Shown: positions 20,033 through 31,140, numbered from the stretch's first letter. The stretch: DNA of 64,000 nucleotides from Mucilaginibacter sp. (GCF_028288225.1 NZ_JAQBOC010000062.1:58265-122264), one strand, 5' to 3'. Notes: generated by a model from the letters alone, not told the origin. Program-made: numbers and translations.

Positions 20033-20081
20033 TGTTAAAGCAATTTCAAATAAATCATACCAAAATGCGACCTCAAGTATG
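20033..20081 (-). promoter_or_regulatory. 5' leader stem-loop with GUCGCA hexaloop plus GCUUUAACA box
   Basis: CATACTTGAG-GTCGCA-TTTTGGTATG on the minus strand; matches the leader at 15832-15887. Confidence 0.55.
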
Positions 20082-20283
20082 TTTATAAAACAATTTTAAA
20101 TAAAAAAATTCAATTATTCAAATCATTTTATTAAATTGGTCATATAATTTATTTATTTATTGAATATAATTGTCTAATTATATGATTTAAATTATAAATT
20201 TCTAATTTTTCATGATAAAATTTAAATAATAAGTGAGTTTTATTTAAAATAACGCGATAAAAAATACATTTTTTGAAAAAACA

Positions 20284-21012
20284 ATGAATAATATCCACAA
20301 TTTGCCAGAATTATTTGTATTAGGGGCCGGACCGGGTGATCCGGAATTGATTACTGTAAAAGGATACCGTATTTTGCAGCAGGCTAAAGTGGTATTATAT
20401 GATAATCTTGCCAATAAAGAATTATTAAGCCTTACTCCCGATGATTGCGAACAAATATATGTGGGTAAGCAACCTTATGGCGATTATACACCGCAGGAAC
20501 AAATACATGAACTGATCAAGCACTTTGCTTTTACCAAAGGCAGTGTTGTACGTTTAAAAGGCGGCGATCCTTTCATATTCGGACGGGGATTTGAAGAGGT
20601 CCTGTTCGCAAGAGAAAATGGCATCAAAACCTACTTTATACCGGGCATCACCAGCATGCAGGCATCCGGGCTGGAAGATATACCACTTACACACCGCGCC
20701 ATAAGTGAAAGCGTTTGGATAGTTACGGGAACTAAAAAAGATGGCATGCTATCGGCCGATTTAAAATTAGCCATTCAAAGCAATGCTACCGTGGTAATCT
20801 ATATGGGCATGAAAAAACTGCGTGAAATTGCCCAAATCTACATAGAATCAGGCAATGGCGATATACCGGCAGCAATTATACAACATGCCTCCAGGTCTAA
20901 TCAAAAATCTGCGAGGGGAATGGTTAAGTACCTTCCCACAATGGCCGAAAGCAAACAATTAACCTATCCTGCAATAATTATCATAGGGGCCGTAACCAGT
21001 TTAATTAATTGA
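20284..21012 (+). CDS. cobA: uroporphyrinogen-III C-methyltransferase (siroheme synthesis)
   Basis: GAGPGDPELIT; VRLKGGDPFIFGRG; IPGITS; adjacent to nirB. Confidence 0.92.
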   Translation: MNNIHNLPELFVLGAGPGDPELITVKGYRILQQAKVVLYDNLANKELLSLTPDDCEQIYVGKQPYGDYTPQEQIHELIKHFAFTKGSVVRLKGGDPFIFGRGFEEVLFARENGIKTYFIPGITSMQASGLEDIPLTHRAISESVWIVTGTKKDGMLSADLKLAIQSNATVVIYMGMKKLREIAQIYIESGNGDIPAAIIQHASRSNQKSARGMVKYLPTMAESKQLTYPAIIIIGAVTSLIN

Positions 21013-21021
21013 AATACTAAA

Positions 21022-21372
21022 ATGAAAATACGCATTAAAGGAAACTCGCTGCGCTACAGGCTGATTAAAAGCGATGTAAATAGTTTTAAAGAAGTTGGCT
21101 ACATTGAAGAACACACCTGCTTTTTGGGGCAAACGCTGAGCTATGCACTGCAACGGAACACTGGTAATAAACTTTCTGCGACATTTGAAAATAATAAAAT
21201 AACTCTTTTTATGCCTGTTTTTATGGCCGAAGATTGGGTATTGACGGATCGGGTTGGTTTTGAGGATAATGATAACGGATTATACCTGCTGGTTGAAAAA
21301 GATTTTAAATGTTTGGATAATGTAGCCGAAGACCAAAGTAACAATTATCCTAATCCATTAGTGAAATTTTAG
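21022..21372 (+). CDS. conserved hypothetical protein
   Basis: MKIRIKGNSLRYRL...LLVEKDFKCLD...YPNP; 9 bp after cobA. Confidence 0.75.
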   Translation: MKIRIKGNSLRYRLIKSDVNSFKEVGYIEEHTCFLGQTLSYALQRNTGNKLSATFENNKITLFMPVFMAEDWVLTDRVGFEDNDNGLYLLVEKDFKCLDNVAEDQSNNYPNPLVKF

Positions 21373-21451
21373 TAAAAAAAAAGAGCATTTTATCAAACTA
21401 TAAAGGATCTGACAAAAGCATTTTTTAACTTTTAATGGCGCAGGGGCCTTG

Positions 21452-21886
21452 CTAAAAAGCCACCTTCTTCGCCAAATTCTGCTGGATCATTTCTGACACT
21501 TCGAAAAACGTCATCAGTTTTTGCCGCTCTATACCGGCCCCGGCCAGCTGGTTTATTTTTTCAACGCTTAATTCAATATGCGGAATGGAGCTGACAGCTG
21601 ACTGGGAAAGCGATACGTAATGCTGACGCCTGTCATCGGGGTTGATGTTTATTTGTACCAGGCCGCGCTTTTCCAGCTCAAAAACAATTACTGTGGTGCG
21701 CGATTTATCAATCTGAAGCAGCTCCGCAAGTTTGTTTTGAGTTACGGGTTTTTCCTGCGTAGCAAGGGCCAGTACAACTTCAAAATGATGACCGAGCTTA
21801 AAAGCAGAAAGCTCTTTTGAGATCATTTTGGTGTATAAGTGATTGATCTTTTTTAATCGCTGTGATATTAACTGTACACTTTTCAT
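21452..21886 (-). CDS. MarR family transcriptional regulator
   Basis: TQNKLAELLQIDKS...LEKRGLV...DDRRQ winged-helix motif. Confidence 0.88.
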   Translation of the reverse strand: MKSVQLISQRLKKINHLYTKMISKELSAFKLGHHFEVVLALATQEKPVTQNKLAELLQIDKSRTTVIVFELEKRGLVQININPDDRRQHYVSLSQSAVSSIPHIELSVEKINQLAGAGIERQKLMTFFEVSEMIQQNLAKKVAF

Positions 21887-21909
21887 AGGCTATTTTTAAT
21901 AGGTGTAAA

Positions 21910-24900
21910 TTATTTTCCGTTCTGCTTATTTCGTTCATGCGCCTCGCGCGATGATTTATTTTCGGCATGAGCCATAGCTATATCATATTCCAATTCAGGG
22001 TCAATATTTTGTTCTTCAACCTTTTTAGCTTTTTCCATCAGTTCTTCGTGATGCGCCTGAAGCCATTTTAGCTGTTTTTTACCGTACGAAAAACGGGTAA
22101 ACAGTACAAATAGCACAGGTACAATAAATATGGAGATGGTTGATGAAGCTATCATACCTCCCAATACAGTTACACCAATGGTGTTCCTGGAAGCTGCGCC
22201 GGCGCCGGTTGCCAGGGCAAGCGGCAATACGCCCAATATAAATGCCAGCGAAGTCATAATAATAGGGCGGAGGCGTAAACGCACGGCTTCAAGGGTTGAT
22301 TTGATGAGCTCTTCTCCCCGGTCAACCCTTATTTTGGCGAATTCAACAATCAGGATCGCATTTTTGGCTGACAAGCCAATTAAAGTTATAAGGCCTATCT
22401 GTGCATAAACATTATTGGTAAGTGCCGGGATACTGGTAAGTGCCAGGATAGCGCCAAAAGCACTTATCGGCACAGCCAGCATCACCGAAAATGGCACCGA
22501 CCAGCTTTCATACAATGCAGCCAGGAACAGGAATACAAATATGATACAGAACAGGAAGATATAAACTGTGGTTGAGCCCGCTTTGATCTCCTCATAGCTC
22601 AATCCCGAAAACTCAATGGTGTATCCCCGGGGCAGGGTTTTAGCTGCCAGCGCTTTTAAGGCATCCAAACTTTGCCCGCTGCTGTAACCATCTGGTATAG
22701 AACCGTCAACTTCAGCCGAGCGGAAGATGTTAAAGTGCGAAATAAGCGGGGCTGCAACGGTTGGCTTATAATGGATAACTGTGCTCAGTGGCACCATATT
22801 GCCCACCGAATTCCGGACATAATATTTATCCATATTAGTTATAAGCGCACGATAAGCGGTATCGGCCTGCACCACTACGTGGTAAGTTCTGTTATAAAGG
22901 GTAAAGTTATTTACAAACAAGCTGCCCATATAAGCCTGCATGGTTGAAAAAACATCTGAAATATTGACGCCAAGCTTCTGGCATTTTTCCCTGTCGACTG
23001 TAAGATCATAGCTTGGGGTGTGTGCTGAAAAATAGCTGAAGGCGGTTGATATTTCCGGGATCTTATGCGCTTCGGCAACAAATTTTTTAATAACCTTTTC
23101 AAACTGGTGAATATCGTCAGTAGAGCTTCCCTGTTCAATTTGCATGCTGAACCCGGCTGCAAGGCCAATGCCCCTTATTGGCGGCGGCTGGATAACCACC
23201 ACGTTTGCATTTTTTATCCCAGCTTTGGCAATCCGCTTTTTTATTGCATCAGTAATACCGGCTACCTGGGTTGCCGGTGTGGTACGGTCATCCCAGGGGG
23301 TGAGCATACAAAACATAGAACCGTTGTTTGAGTTTGCGCCACCGTTTAATATGTTAAAGCCCGATATGGCTGTATAATGTAAAATACCGGGAGTTGAGCC
23401 AACTATTTTCATCAGCTTCTCCATTACGTTTACCGATTGCGTGGTTGAAGATGCTTCCGGTAATTGATAGGTGATGAAAAGCCGCCCCCCATCTTCTGAA
23501 GGCACAAAGCCCGATGGTTTTGTTTTGAACAAAAGGATGGTGCCCACACAAATGCATACCAGGATAATAACGATAAACCTGGAATGTTTAATACTCCTTT
23601 TTACCCCGTTTGAATATTTAAAAGTCACCTTTTCAAACCAGGTATTAAAATGATAGAAAAGCTTATCCAGCCAGTTTGATGATTTTTTGTTGATGTGGCT
23701 TGGCCGCAAAAGCAAGGTACACAAAGCAGGAGTTAACGAAAGCGCAATAAAGGCCGAAAACATAACCGAAATAGCAATTGTTATTGCAAATTGCTGGTAC
23801 AGCCGGCCCACAATACCGGGTATAAACCCTACAGGCACAAATACCGAAGCGAGAATGAGCGCTATGGCAATCACCGGTGCAGAAATTTCTTTCATGGCAT
23901 GGTAGGTAGCCTCCTTTGGCGACATGTGCTGCTCATCAATATAATGCTGAACCGCCTCGACGACAATAATGGCATCATCTACCACAATACCTATGGCCAG
24001 GACAAAGCCGAACATGGTTAGGGTATTTATGGTAAAGCCAAGCGGGATAAAAAAGCAAAAGGTAGCTAAAATTGATACCGGGATAGCCAGGATAGGGATT
24101 AAAGACGACCTCCAGTTTTGAAGAAACAGGAACACAACTATTGCTACCAGTCCGAGTGCTTTTAGCAGGGTGCCGATAACCTCCTGCATGGAAACCTTTA
24201 TAATGGTTACTGACTCAAACGGAACGGTGTAATCAACATCTGCAGGGAATGATTTTTTTAACTTTGCCAGCTCGGCATAAACGTTTTCGGCTGTTTGAAG
24301 CGCATTACTCCCCGGCGATTGGTACACCTGGATAGTTGAGCATCGGTTCCCGTCGGCAAAGGAATTGCTTGAAAATGTAAATTTTCCAAGCTCAATCCGC
24401 GCAACGTCCTTCAGGTACACCAACTGGCCCGTTGCAGGAATTGTTTTTACAATAACCTTTTCATATTCCGGCACTTTATTGATCATGCCATTAACAAGGA
24501 TCCCTATCTCGTTAGCCTGCGTTGATTTTTGCGGAGGCGCACCGGCTGATCCTGCTGCCACATACACGTTTTGAGCATTCAACGCGGCAACAACATCCGC
24601 TGGTGTTAACTGGTACGATGCCATTTTTTCGGGGTTCATCCAAACCCTCATACTGAAATTATCTGTACGGGCGCTCACATCGCCAACCCCCGGAACACGC
24701 AATATGGCATCCTCAATAAACGTATTGGTATAGTTATCAAGAAAAGTGATGTTATGCGTTTTCTTTGGCGAATAAATGGCGATCAACATTAGCTGATCCG
24801 GGTTACTTGCACGTACTGTTAAACCAAGCTTGCTCACTACAGCCGGTAATATAGGCTTGGCAATACCAACACGATTTTGCACATTCAACGCAGCAATTTG

Positions 24901-25203
24901 CACATTGGTGCCAATGTTAAATGTTACCCTGATACCCACACCGCCGCTGTTGGTACTTGTGCTGGTCATATATTCCATCCCGGGCGTTCCGTTTACCTGC
25001 TCTTCAACCGGGATAGCCACCGTTTGTTCAACCGTTTGCGCGTCGGCCCCGGTATAAGATCCGTTTACCGAAACACTTGGCGGCGAAATATTGGGGTACT
25101 GATCAACCGCAAGGTTAAAAAGACAGATGGTACCCGAGATCATTAAAACTACTGATATTACAATAGCGGTAACCGGTCGTTTTATGAATGTATTTGCAAT
25201 CAT
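21910..25203 (-). CDS. RND (HAE1) efflux permease, copy 2
   Basis: FIKRPV; GIVVDDAIIVVE; LAALYESW; AKNAILIVEFA; RLRPIIMTS. Confidence 0.93.
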   Translation of the reverse strand: MIANTFIKRPVTAIVISVVLMISGTICLFNLAVDQYPNISPPSVSVNGSYTGADAQTVEQTVAIPVEEQVNGTPGMEYMTSTSTNSGGVGIRVTFNIGTNVQIAALNVQNRVGIAKPILPAVVSKLGLTVRASNPDQLMLIAIYSPKKTHNITFLDNYTNTFIEDAILRVPGVGDVSARTDNFSMRVWMNPEKMASYQLTPADVVAALNAQNVYVAAGSAGAPPQKSTQANEIGILVNGMINKVPEYEKVIVKTIPATGQLVYLKDVARIELGKFTFSSNSFADGNRCSTIQVYQSPGSNALQTAENVYAELAKLKKSFPADVDYTVPFESVTIIKVSMQEVIGTLLKALGLVAIVVFLFLQNWRSSLIPILAIPVSILATFCFFIPLGFTINTLTMFGFVLAIGIVVDDAIIVVEAVQHYIDEQHMSPKEATYHAMKEISAPVIAIALILASVFVPVGFIPGIVGRLYQQFAITIAISVMFSAFIALSLTPALCTLLLRPSHINKKSSNWLDKLFYHFNTWFEKVTFKYSNGVKRSIKHSRFIVIILVCICVGTILLFKTKPSGFVPSEDGGRLFITYQLPEASSTTQSVNVMEKLMKIVGSTPGILHYTAISGFNILNGGANSNNGSMFCMLTPWDDRTTPATQVAGITDAIKKRIAKAGIKNANVVVIQPPPIRGIGLAAGFSMQIEQGSSTDDIHQFEKVIKKFVAEAHKIPEISTAFSYFSAHTPSYDLTVDREKCQKLGVNISDVFSTMQAYMGSLFVNNFTLYNRTYHVVVQADTAYRALITNMDKYYVRNSVGNMVPLSTVIHYKPTVAAPLISHFNIFRSAEVDGSIPDGYSSGQSLDALKALAAKTLPRGYTIEFSGLSYEEIKAGSTTVYIFLFCIIFVFLFLAALYESWSVPFSVMLAVPISAFGAILALTSIPALTNNVYAQIGLITLIGLSAKNAILIVEFAKIRVDRGEELIKSTLEAVRLRLRPIIMTSLAFILGVLPLALATGAGAASRNTIGVTVLGGMIASSTISIFIVPVLFVLFTRFSYGKKQLKWLQAHHEELMEKAKKVEEQNIDPELEYDIAMAHAENKSSREAHERNKQNGK

Positions 25204-28200
25204 ATATGATCTGGATTACTAAGCGAACGTGACTTTTCAATCTCGTATTCCAGCTCAGGGTCAATATTTTGTGCTTCTACCTTCCTGGCTTTTTCCATCA
25301 ACTCCTCGTGGTGCGATTTCAGGTATTCCAGTTTTTCTTTTCCGTACGATAAACGGGTTATCACCACATATAGCACCGGCACCACAAATATGGCGATAGT
25401 TGATGCCGCAAGCATCCCACCCAGCACGGTAAAGCCAATGGTGCGCCTTGCTACAGCCCCTGCGCCTGTTGCCAAAACCAACGGTAACACGCCCAGGATA
25501 AATGCCAGTGACGTCATGATAATAGGCCGTAAACGCAGGCTAACCGCATCCAGGGTCGACTTTAGAAGATCTTCTCCCCTGTCGACCCGCACTTTGGCAA
25601 ACTCCACTATCAGGATGGCGTTTTTTGCAGCAAGGCCTATTAACGTTATCAAACCTATTTGTGCATAAACGTTATTGGTAAGGCCGGGCACGAACAATAA
25701 GGCCAGGATAGCGCCAAAAGCCCCAACCGGCACAGCAAGCAGCACCGAAAACGGCACCGACCAACTCTCATACAACGCCGCGAGGAACAGGAAAACAAAC
25801 GTGATGGAAAACAGGAAGATATAAATAGTTGTCGACCCGGCTTTTTGCTCCTCATAGCTTAAGCCCGAAAACTCATAGGTGTAGCCTTCTGGCAATGTCT
25901 TGGCCAGGTCCTGCAAGGCGGTTAATGCCTGGCTGCTGCTGTAACCATCGGCATTGGCTCCGTCAATTTCAGCAGTACGGAAGATATTGAAATGCGAGAT
26001 TAGCGGCGCTGCTTCAGTAGGCTTATAGCTGATAAGCGTTCCCAGCGGAACCATGGTACCCGCCTGGTTGCGCACGTAATATTTATCCATGTCAGATACC
26101 ATCGTTCTAAAGGCAGTATCAGCCTGCACAACCACATGGAAAGTGCGGTTATAAGTGGTGAAATCATTAATGTACAAACTCCCCATGTAAGCCTGGATAG
26201 TGGTAAACACATCGGCTACGTTTACGCCAAGCTTTTCGCATTTTTCGCGGTCTACATTCAGGCTAACATTTGGAGTATGGGCAGTAAAAAAGCTGTATGC
26301 CTTGGTGATAGCAGGGTTTTTATTAGCCCGGGCCACAAAATCATTTACCACCTTTTCAAAGGCATGCACATCGTCATTGGTGCTGCGCTGCTCTATCTGC
26401 ATGCTAAAGCCAACGGTTGAGCCTACACCGGGTAATGGGGACGGTTGGATCACCTCTACATTTGCATTGTTGATCCCCGCATCACGGATGCGCTTCTGCA
26501 ACACGCTTATTATCCCGGGCACCTGCTCGCTTGATTTGGAGCGGTCATCCCAGGGGGCAAGCTGGCAATAAATGGTGCCATTGTTTGAGTTGCTTGCATT
26601 GGTTACCACATTAAGGCCGGAAAGGGCTGCATAATGTGCCACACCCGGAGTTGTGCCGATAACATGCATCAGCTTGTTCATCACATCAACCGAAGCCGCT
26701 GTTGACGCAGCCGGCGGCAACTGAAAGGTTACGTATAAATTCCCGTCATCTTCAGAAGGAATGAATCCCGATGGTTTTGCCTGGAACATAAAATAGGCAC
26801 CGGTGCCAATACACAATAATAAAATAATAATATATCGTGAGCCCGCGATGCTTTTTTTAACGCCATTGGTATAACGTGCGGTTATCCTGTCGAACCAGGC
26901 ATTAAACTTATTGAACCATTTATTTAACCCGGTTCCCTGTTTGGCAGGGTCAGTAGGCTTTAACAACAAAGTACACAATGCAGGTGTTAATGATAATGCT
27001 ATAAATGCTGATATTATTACAGATATAGCGATTGTGATAGCAAACTGCTGGTACAAACGGCCAACTATACCCGGTATAAAGCCTACCGGAACAAACACCG
27101 CCGCTAAAATTAGCGCAATAGCTATTACCGGAGCAGAAATGTCCTTCATAGCCTGGTAGGTAGCCTCCTTGGCCGACATTTTATCATGGTCGATATAATG
27201 CTGCACCGCTTCGACCACGATAATGGCATCATCAACCACAATACCAATGGCCAGCACAAAACCAAACATGGTTAGGGTATTGATAGTAAAGCCAAGGGGT
27301 ATAAAAAAGCAGAACGTCCCAAAAATAGAAACCGGGATTGCCAGAACCGGGATGAGTGTTGACCGCCAGTTTTGTAAAAACAGGAATACGACCACTGCAA
27401 CCAGCGCTAATGTTTTTAACAAGGTGCCAACAACATCCTGCATGGAAACCTTTACTACCGTAACTGATTCAAACGGAACGCTGTATTCAACATCGGCGGG
27501 GAAGGTTTGCTTTAACTTTGCCAGCGCATCATAGACTCCTTTTGCCGTTGCCAGCGCATTACTTCCAGGCGCCTGGTAAATTTGCAGGTATGATGCCCGG
27601 TGACCGTCGACAAATGAATTACTTGAAAAGGTAAATTTACCCAGTTCAACTCTTGCCACATCTTTAAGATACACCAGCGCCCCTGTTGCAGGGGTTGTTT
27701 TTACAATGATGTTCTCAAATTCAGAGACTTTGCTTAAACGGCCGTTCACCAAAATTCCAAGCTCGTACGTTTGGCTGGAGGCCTGCGGCGGCACACCGGC
27801 CGTTCCGGCTGCCACCTGTACATTCTGGGCGTTCAACGCATTTATAACATCGGTTGGCGTAAGGTTGTATGAAGCCATTTTTTGGGGATTCATCCAGATC
27901 CGCATACTAAAATCGTCCGTAAACCTGTTAATGCTGCCCACACCCGGAACGCGTAGCAACGCATCCTGGATAAATATATTGGTATAGTTATCCAGGAAAG
28001 TAATGTTGTGTGTGTTTTTTGGCGCGTAAACAGCAACCATCATGAGCATACTTGGATTTAGCGCCCGCACAGTTAGCCCTAAACGACTTACAACCGCCGG
28101 CATTAAAGGTGTAGCAATACTCACCCGGTTTTGAACATCTAATGCGGCAACGTCAATATCGGTCCCTATTTTAAAGGTAACATTCATTGACATCAACCCA

Positions 28201-28457
28201 TTATTGGTGCTGTTGCTTTGCATGTACTCCATGCCCGGGGTGCCGTTAACCTGTTCTTCTATAGGAGTGGCCACAGTTTGTTCCACCGTTTGGGCATCGG
28301 CGCCTGTAAACTGGCCGTTAACCTGTACTACGGGTGGAGTAATATCCGGGTACTGATCGATAGGCAGCAGCAGGATACATACTATCCCCGTAATTACCAG
28401 TACAATAGAGATCACTATGGCTGTTACGGGTCTTTTTATGAAGGTATTAGCAATCAT
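25200..28457 (-). CDS. RND (HAE1) efflux permease, copy 1
   Basis: Same motifs as copy 2; 4-bp overlap with it. Confidence 0.93.
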   Translation of the reverse strand: MIANTFIKRPVTAIVISIVLVITGIVCILLLPIDQYPDITPPVVQVNGQFTGADAQTVEQTVATPIEEQVNGTPGMEYMQSNSTNNGLMSMNVTFKIGTDIDVAALDVQNRVSIATPLMPAVVSRLGLTVRALNPSMLMMVAVYAPKNTHNITFLDNYTNIFIQDALLRVPGVGSINRFTDDFSMRIWMNPQKMASYNLTPTDVINALNAQNVQVAAGTAGVPPQASSQTYELGILVNGRLSKVSEFENIIVKTTPATGALVYLKDVARVELGKFTFSSNSFVDGHRASYLQIYQAPGSNALATAKGVYDALAKLKQTFPADVEYSVPFESVTVVKVSMQDVVGTLLKTLALVAVVVFLFLQNWRSTLIPVLAIPVSIFGTFCFFIPLGFTINTLTMFGFVLAIGIVVDDAIIVVEAVQHYIDHDKMSAKEATYQAMKDISAPVIAIALILAAVFVPVGFIPGIVGRLYQQFAITIAISVIISAFIALSLTPALCTLLLKPTDPAKQGTGLNKWFNKFNAWFDRITARYTNGVKKSIAGSRYIIILLLCIGTGAYFMFQAKPSGFIPSEDDGNLYVTFQLPPAASTAASVDVMNKLMHVIGTTPGVAHYAALSGLNVVTNASNSNNGTIYCQLAPWDDRSKSSEQVPGIISVLQKRIRDAGINNANVEVIQPSPLPGVGSTVGFSMQIEQRSTNDDVHAFEKVVNDFVARANKNPAITKAYSFFTAHTPNVSLNVDREKCEKLGVNVADVFTTIQAYMGSLYINDFTTYNRTFHVVVQADTAFRTMVSDMDKYYVRNQAGTMVPLGTLISYKPTEAAPLISHFNIFRTAEIDGANADGYSSSQALTALQDLAKTLPEGYTYEFSGLSYEEQKAGSTTIYIFLFSITFVFLFLAALYESWSVPFSVLLAVPVGAFGAILALLFVPGLTNNVYAQIGLITLIGLAAKNAILIVEFAKVRVDRGEDLLKSTLDAVSLRLRPIIMTSLAFILGVLPLVLATGAGAVARRTIGFTVLGGMLAASTIAIFVVPVLYVVITRLSYGKEKLEYLKSHHEELMEKARKVEAQNIDPELEYEIEKSRSLSNPDHI

Positions 28458-28501
28458 ACTTTAATTTCATCTAAATAAATGCAGTATAGCCTGCGTGAAT
28501 T

Positions 28502-29677
28502 TTATTGCCTGCCGCCTTTACCTTGTGTTGGAGCAACTTTGTTAGCTGTAGTTATTTGCGAGCCATCATGCAGTAACTGAACGCCGTCGGTAACTATCCT
28601 GCTGCCCGGGGTTATACCGCTTTCTATAATGACGTTGGGGCCTATAGTTTGGCCAACCTGCACCTTTTTTTGAGCTGCAACCAGCGCTTTTTTCTTTTTC
28701 GTAGTGTCGGGGCCTGTTTTATCGTTTATCATGCTATCCTTTGCCGTAAATACAAAGTATTCGCCCATTTGCTCAACAACAGCCTTGCTTGGCAATACCA
28801 TTTGCGGCGATGTTTCTTCGTTATGAACGCGCACTACGCAGCTCATGCCCACCCTTAAATAATTTTTAGGATTAGGGAATACCAGCCTTACCCTGATGGA
28901 ACCTGTTTGTGAATCAACGGCACGGTCAATAACAGAGATCTTCCCGGTAAATGGATAAAGTGAATTATCAGGCAGAAGAATGGTAAACAAAGAATCGACA
29001 TTGTGCTTGCCACCCTGCAGCTTTTCAAAATGCGGCAGCTGCTTCTCATTAATAATAAAATCAACTGCTACCGGATCAACTGTTGAGATCGTATTTAAAA
29101 CCGTTGTACCTGGCGTAACCACATTGCCCAGCTTTACCTGGCTAAAGCCTATTGTGCCATCAAACGGAGCGGTGACTATAGCATAAGTTAAATTGGTTTT
29201 AGCAGTTTTAACCGCCTGTTCTGCCGATTTAACCGAGTTTTTAGCGTTTTGCAGTGTTATTATCGCATGGTCATACAGTTGTTTGGCTACGGCATTGTAC
29301 TTGTTCAGGTAATCATACCGGTCTGCATCCTGCTGGGCCTGTACCTGGTTCCCCTCGGCCATTTTTGCGTTGGCAATTGCGGCATCATAGTTGTCGCGGT
29401 AGATCCTTTCATCTATTTCATACAGTTTCTGGCCTTTTTTAACGTTGGTTCCTTCTGTGAAAAATATCCCTGTAATGGCACCCTGTATCTGCGGAAGCAA
29501 GCTTACCTGGCTTAGCGCTGCCGTTGTTGACGGGTAATTATCAAAGTATAAAACATTTTTTGTTTTTAACTTTATTAAGCTTACCGGCACTTCGGGATTT
29601 ACGGGCGGCTGTTTTTTTTTGCAGGCAGTAATAACCAGGCAACTTAAAAAAACAGCATTCAAAATTACTCTATTCAT
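28502..29677 (-). CDS. RND periplasmic adaptor (MFP) lipoprotein
   Basis: ITAC lipobox; VKKGQKLYEID; APFDGTIG; VDSQTGS. Confidence 0.92.
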   Translation of the reverse strand: MNRVILNAVFLSCLVITACKKKQPPVNPEVPVSLIKLKTKNVLYFDNYPSTTAALSQVSLLPQIQGAITGIFFTEGTNVKKGQKLYEIDERIYRDNYDAAIANAKMAEGNQVQAQQDADRYDYLNKYNAVAKQLYDHAIITLQNAKNSVKSAEQAVKTAKTNLTYAIVTAPFDGTIGFSQVKLGNVVTPGTTVLNTISTVDPVAVDFIINEKQLPHFEKLQGGKHNVDSLFTILLPDNSLYPFTGKISVIDRAVDSQTGSIRVRLVFPNPKNYLRVGMSCVVRVHNEETSPQMVLPSKAVVEQMGEYFVFTAKDSMINDKTGPDTTKKKKALVAAQKKVQVGQTIGPNVIIESGITPGSRIVTDGVQLLHDGSQITTANKVAPTQGKGGRQ

Positions 29678-29697
29678 TGAGGCGGTTGTTTTAATAA

Positions 29698-31140
29698 TTA
29701 GTAAGAAATAATTCCCATTGATTTTTCAAGATCGATTTTGCTTGATAACAACTGAAATAGGGCATTCAGGTAGCTTGTTTCAGAAGTTATCAGGTTTGAT
29801 TCGGCAGTTATCACATTTAAATAAGGCACGATACCTTGCTTGTACTGAAGTGTTACAACAAAATATACCCGTTTTGCCATAGCCACATTTTTTTGCAGCA
29901 GCTGCAGGTTATAAAAATTGCTTTTGTAATTGGCTATGGCCGTTTTATATTCTTTGTTTATCTGCAGCTTAAGGTCTGTTTCGTCCCAGTTGATAAGCTG
30001 TTGCTGCAGCTTTGCCTTTTGCAGATTGTGAGTTCGTGAAAACCCGGTAAAAATGGGAATGCTGAATGAAAGGCCAACCAACTGGCTTGGGTATGAGTTT
30101 GACAGCAGATCAGAAAACCGGTTATTTTGAAAAGCCAGGTTATAATTATAAAATGCTGATAAAGTTGGCAAATACGAAGTGCGGTAAAAATTTACAGTTT
30201 GTGTTTGCAGCGCTTTGCTGGTTTCGATCTGTTGAAATTCAATGCGCCTTTCATATTGCAGCTGCTGCGCGGTGTCAATATAAATGCCCTTGATCATTTG
30301 CACGGTATCAAAGCTTACATTAAACTCCTTTTCTACAGGGAACCCCATTAGCTGTTTTAAAGCGGCATATTGCGGAACCACATTTTCATTAGCCTGCTTA
30401 AGCTGTGCTTTGGAATTATTAAGGGTGATATCCGCTTGCTCATAGTCTGTTTCATCAACAATTCCACCCTTGTATTGATGATAAGCATCACGCAGATTTT
30501 TTCCAAGACGGGTGGTATCCTCTTTTAATACATTGATCTGCTCAAGCGTAAGCAGCACATTATAAAATGACTTGCTTACAGACGACACCAGGAAGATCTT
30601 AGTACTGTCAGTAATCTGCTGTGCCTGTTTTAAGAACAAAGGCGCGCTTTTATAGGCATATAATAAGGTTGGGCTAAATATGGCCTGCGAAACTGACACC
30701 CCGGGGATAAAGGTATTAGTGGATTGCCCCCTGGAAGACGATGTTGATGCACCTGTTGGCGTAGTTGTACCCGGATTGCTAACATTGCCATTACTTGATG
30801 TTTGCAGGTAATGGATCAGATCGCCGGAGGCGGTTGCCTGCGGAAGCCATCCTGATAAATTTACCCCGTTTGTTTCTTTGGCGATGCTTACATTTATTAA
30901 AGCTTTGTTTACTCCCGGTTGGTGTGTCATCGCATAATCAATGCATTGTTGCAGGGTAAAAAACTGGCCCGGGCTGTTTTTGCCGGTATCCTGCGGATTA
31001 AAGGGCACTAACAGTGTGTTTTTGCTGGTATCGGGCTGGGTAACCGGCGGCAAATTGTTTTTTTGCTTTACCTGGCACAAGGCAGTCAGCGGTAAGCAAC
31101 ATAAACAGGAGATAAATATTTTAAAGCGGATGCTATCCAT
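29698..31140 (-). CDS. TolC family outer-membrane efflux protein
   Basis: TLQQCIDYA; coiled-coil repeats; YKQGIVPYLNV...LEKSMG. Confidence 0.9.
   Translation of the reverse strand: MDSIRFKIFISCLCCLPLTALCQVKQKNNLPPVTQPDTSKNTLLVPFNPQDTGKNSPGQFFTLQQCIDYAMTHQPGVNKALINVSIAKETNGVNLSGWLPQATASGDLIHYLQTSSNGNVSNPGTTTPTGASTSSSRGQSTNTFIPGVSVSQAIFSPTLLYAYKSAPLFLKQAQQITDSTKIFLVSSVSKSFYNVLLTLEQINVLKEDTTRLGKNLRDAYHQYKGGIVDETDYEQADITLNNSKAQLKQANENVVPQYAALKQLMGFPVEKEFNVSFDTVQMIKGIYIDTAQQLQYERRIEFQQIETSKALQTQTVNFYRTSYLPTLSAFYNYNLAFQNNRFSDLLSNSYPSQLVGLSFSIPIFTGFSRTHNLQKAKLQQQLINWDETDLKLQINKEYKTAIANYKSNFYNLQLLQKNVAMAKRVYFVVTLQYKQGIVPYLNVITAESNLITSETSYLNALFQLLSSKIDLEKSMGIISY

Noticed and set aside
20180-20197. 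TATGAT-TTAA-ATTATA as a Crp/Fnr site between nirB and cobA
   Set aside because: The region is extremely AT-rich and no convincing second copy was found in the 15.9-16.3 kb spacer.
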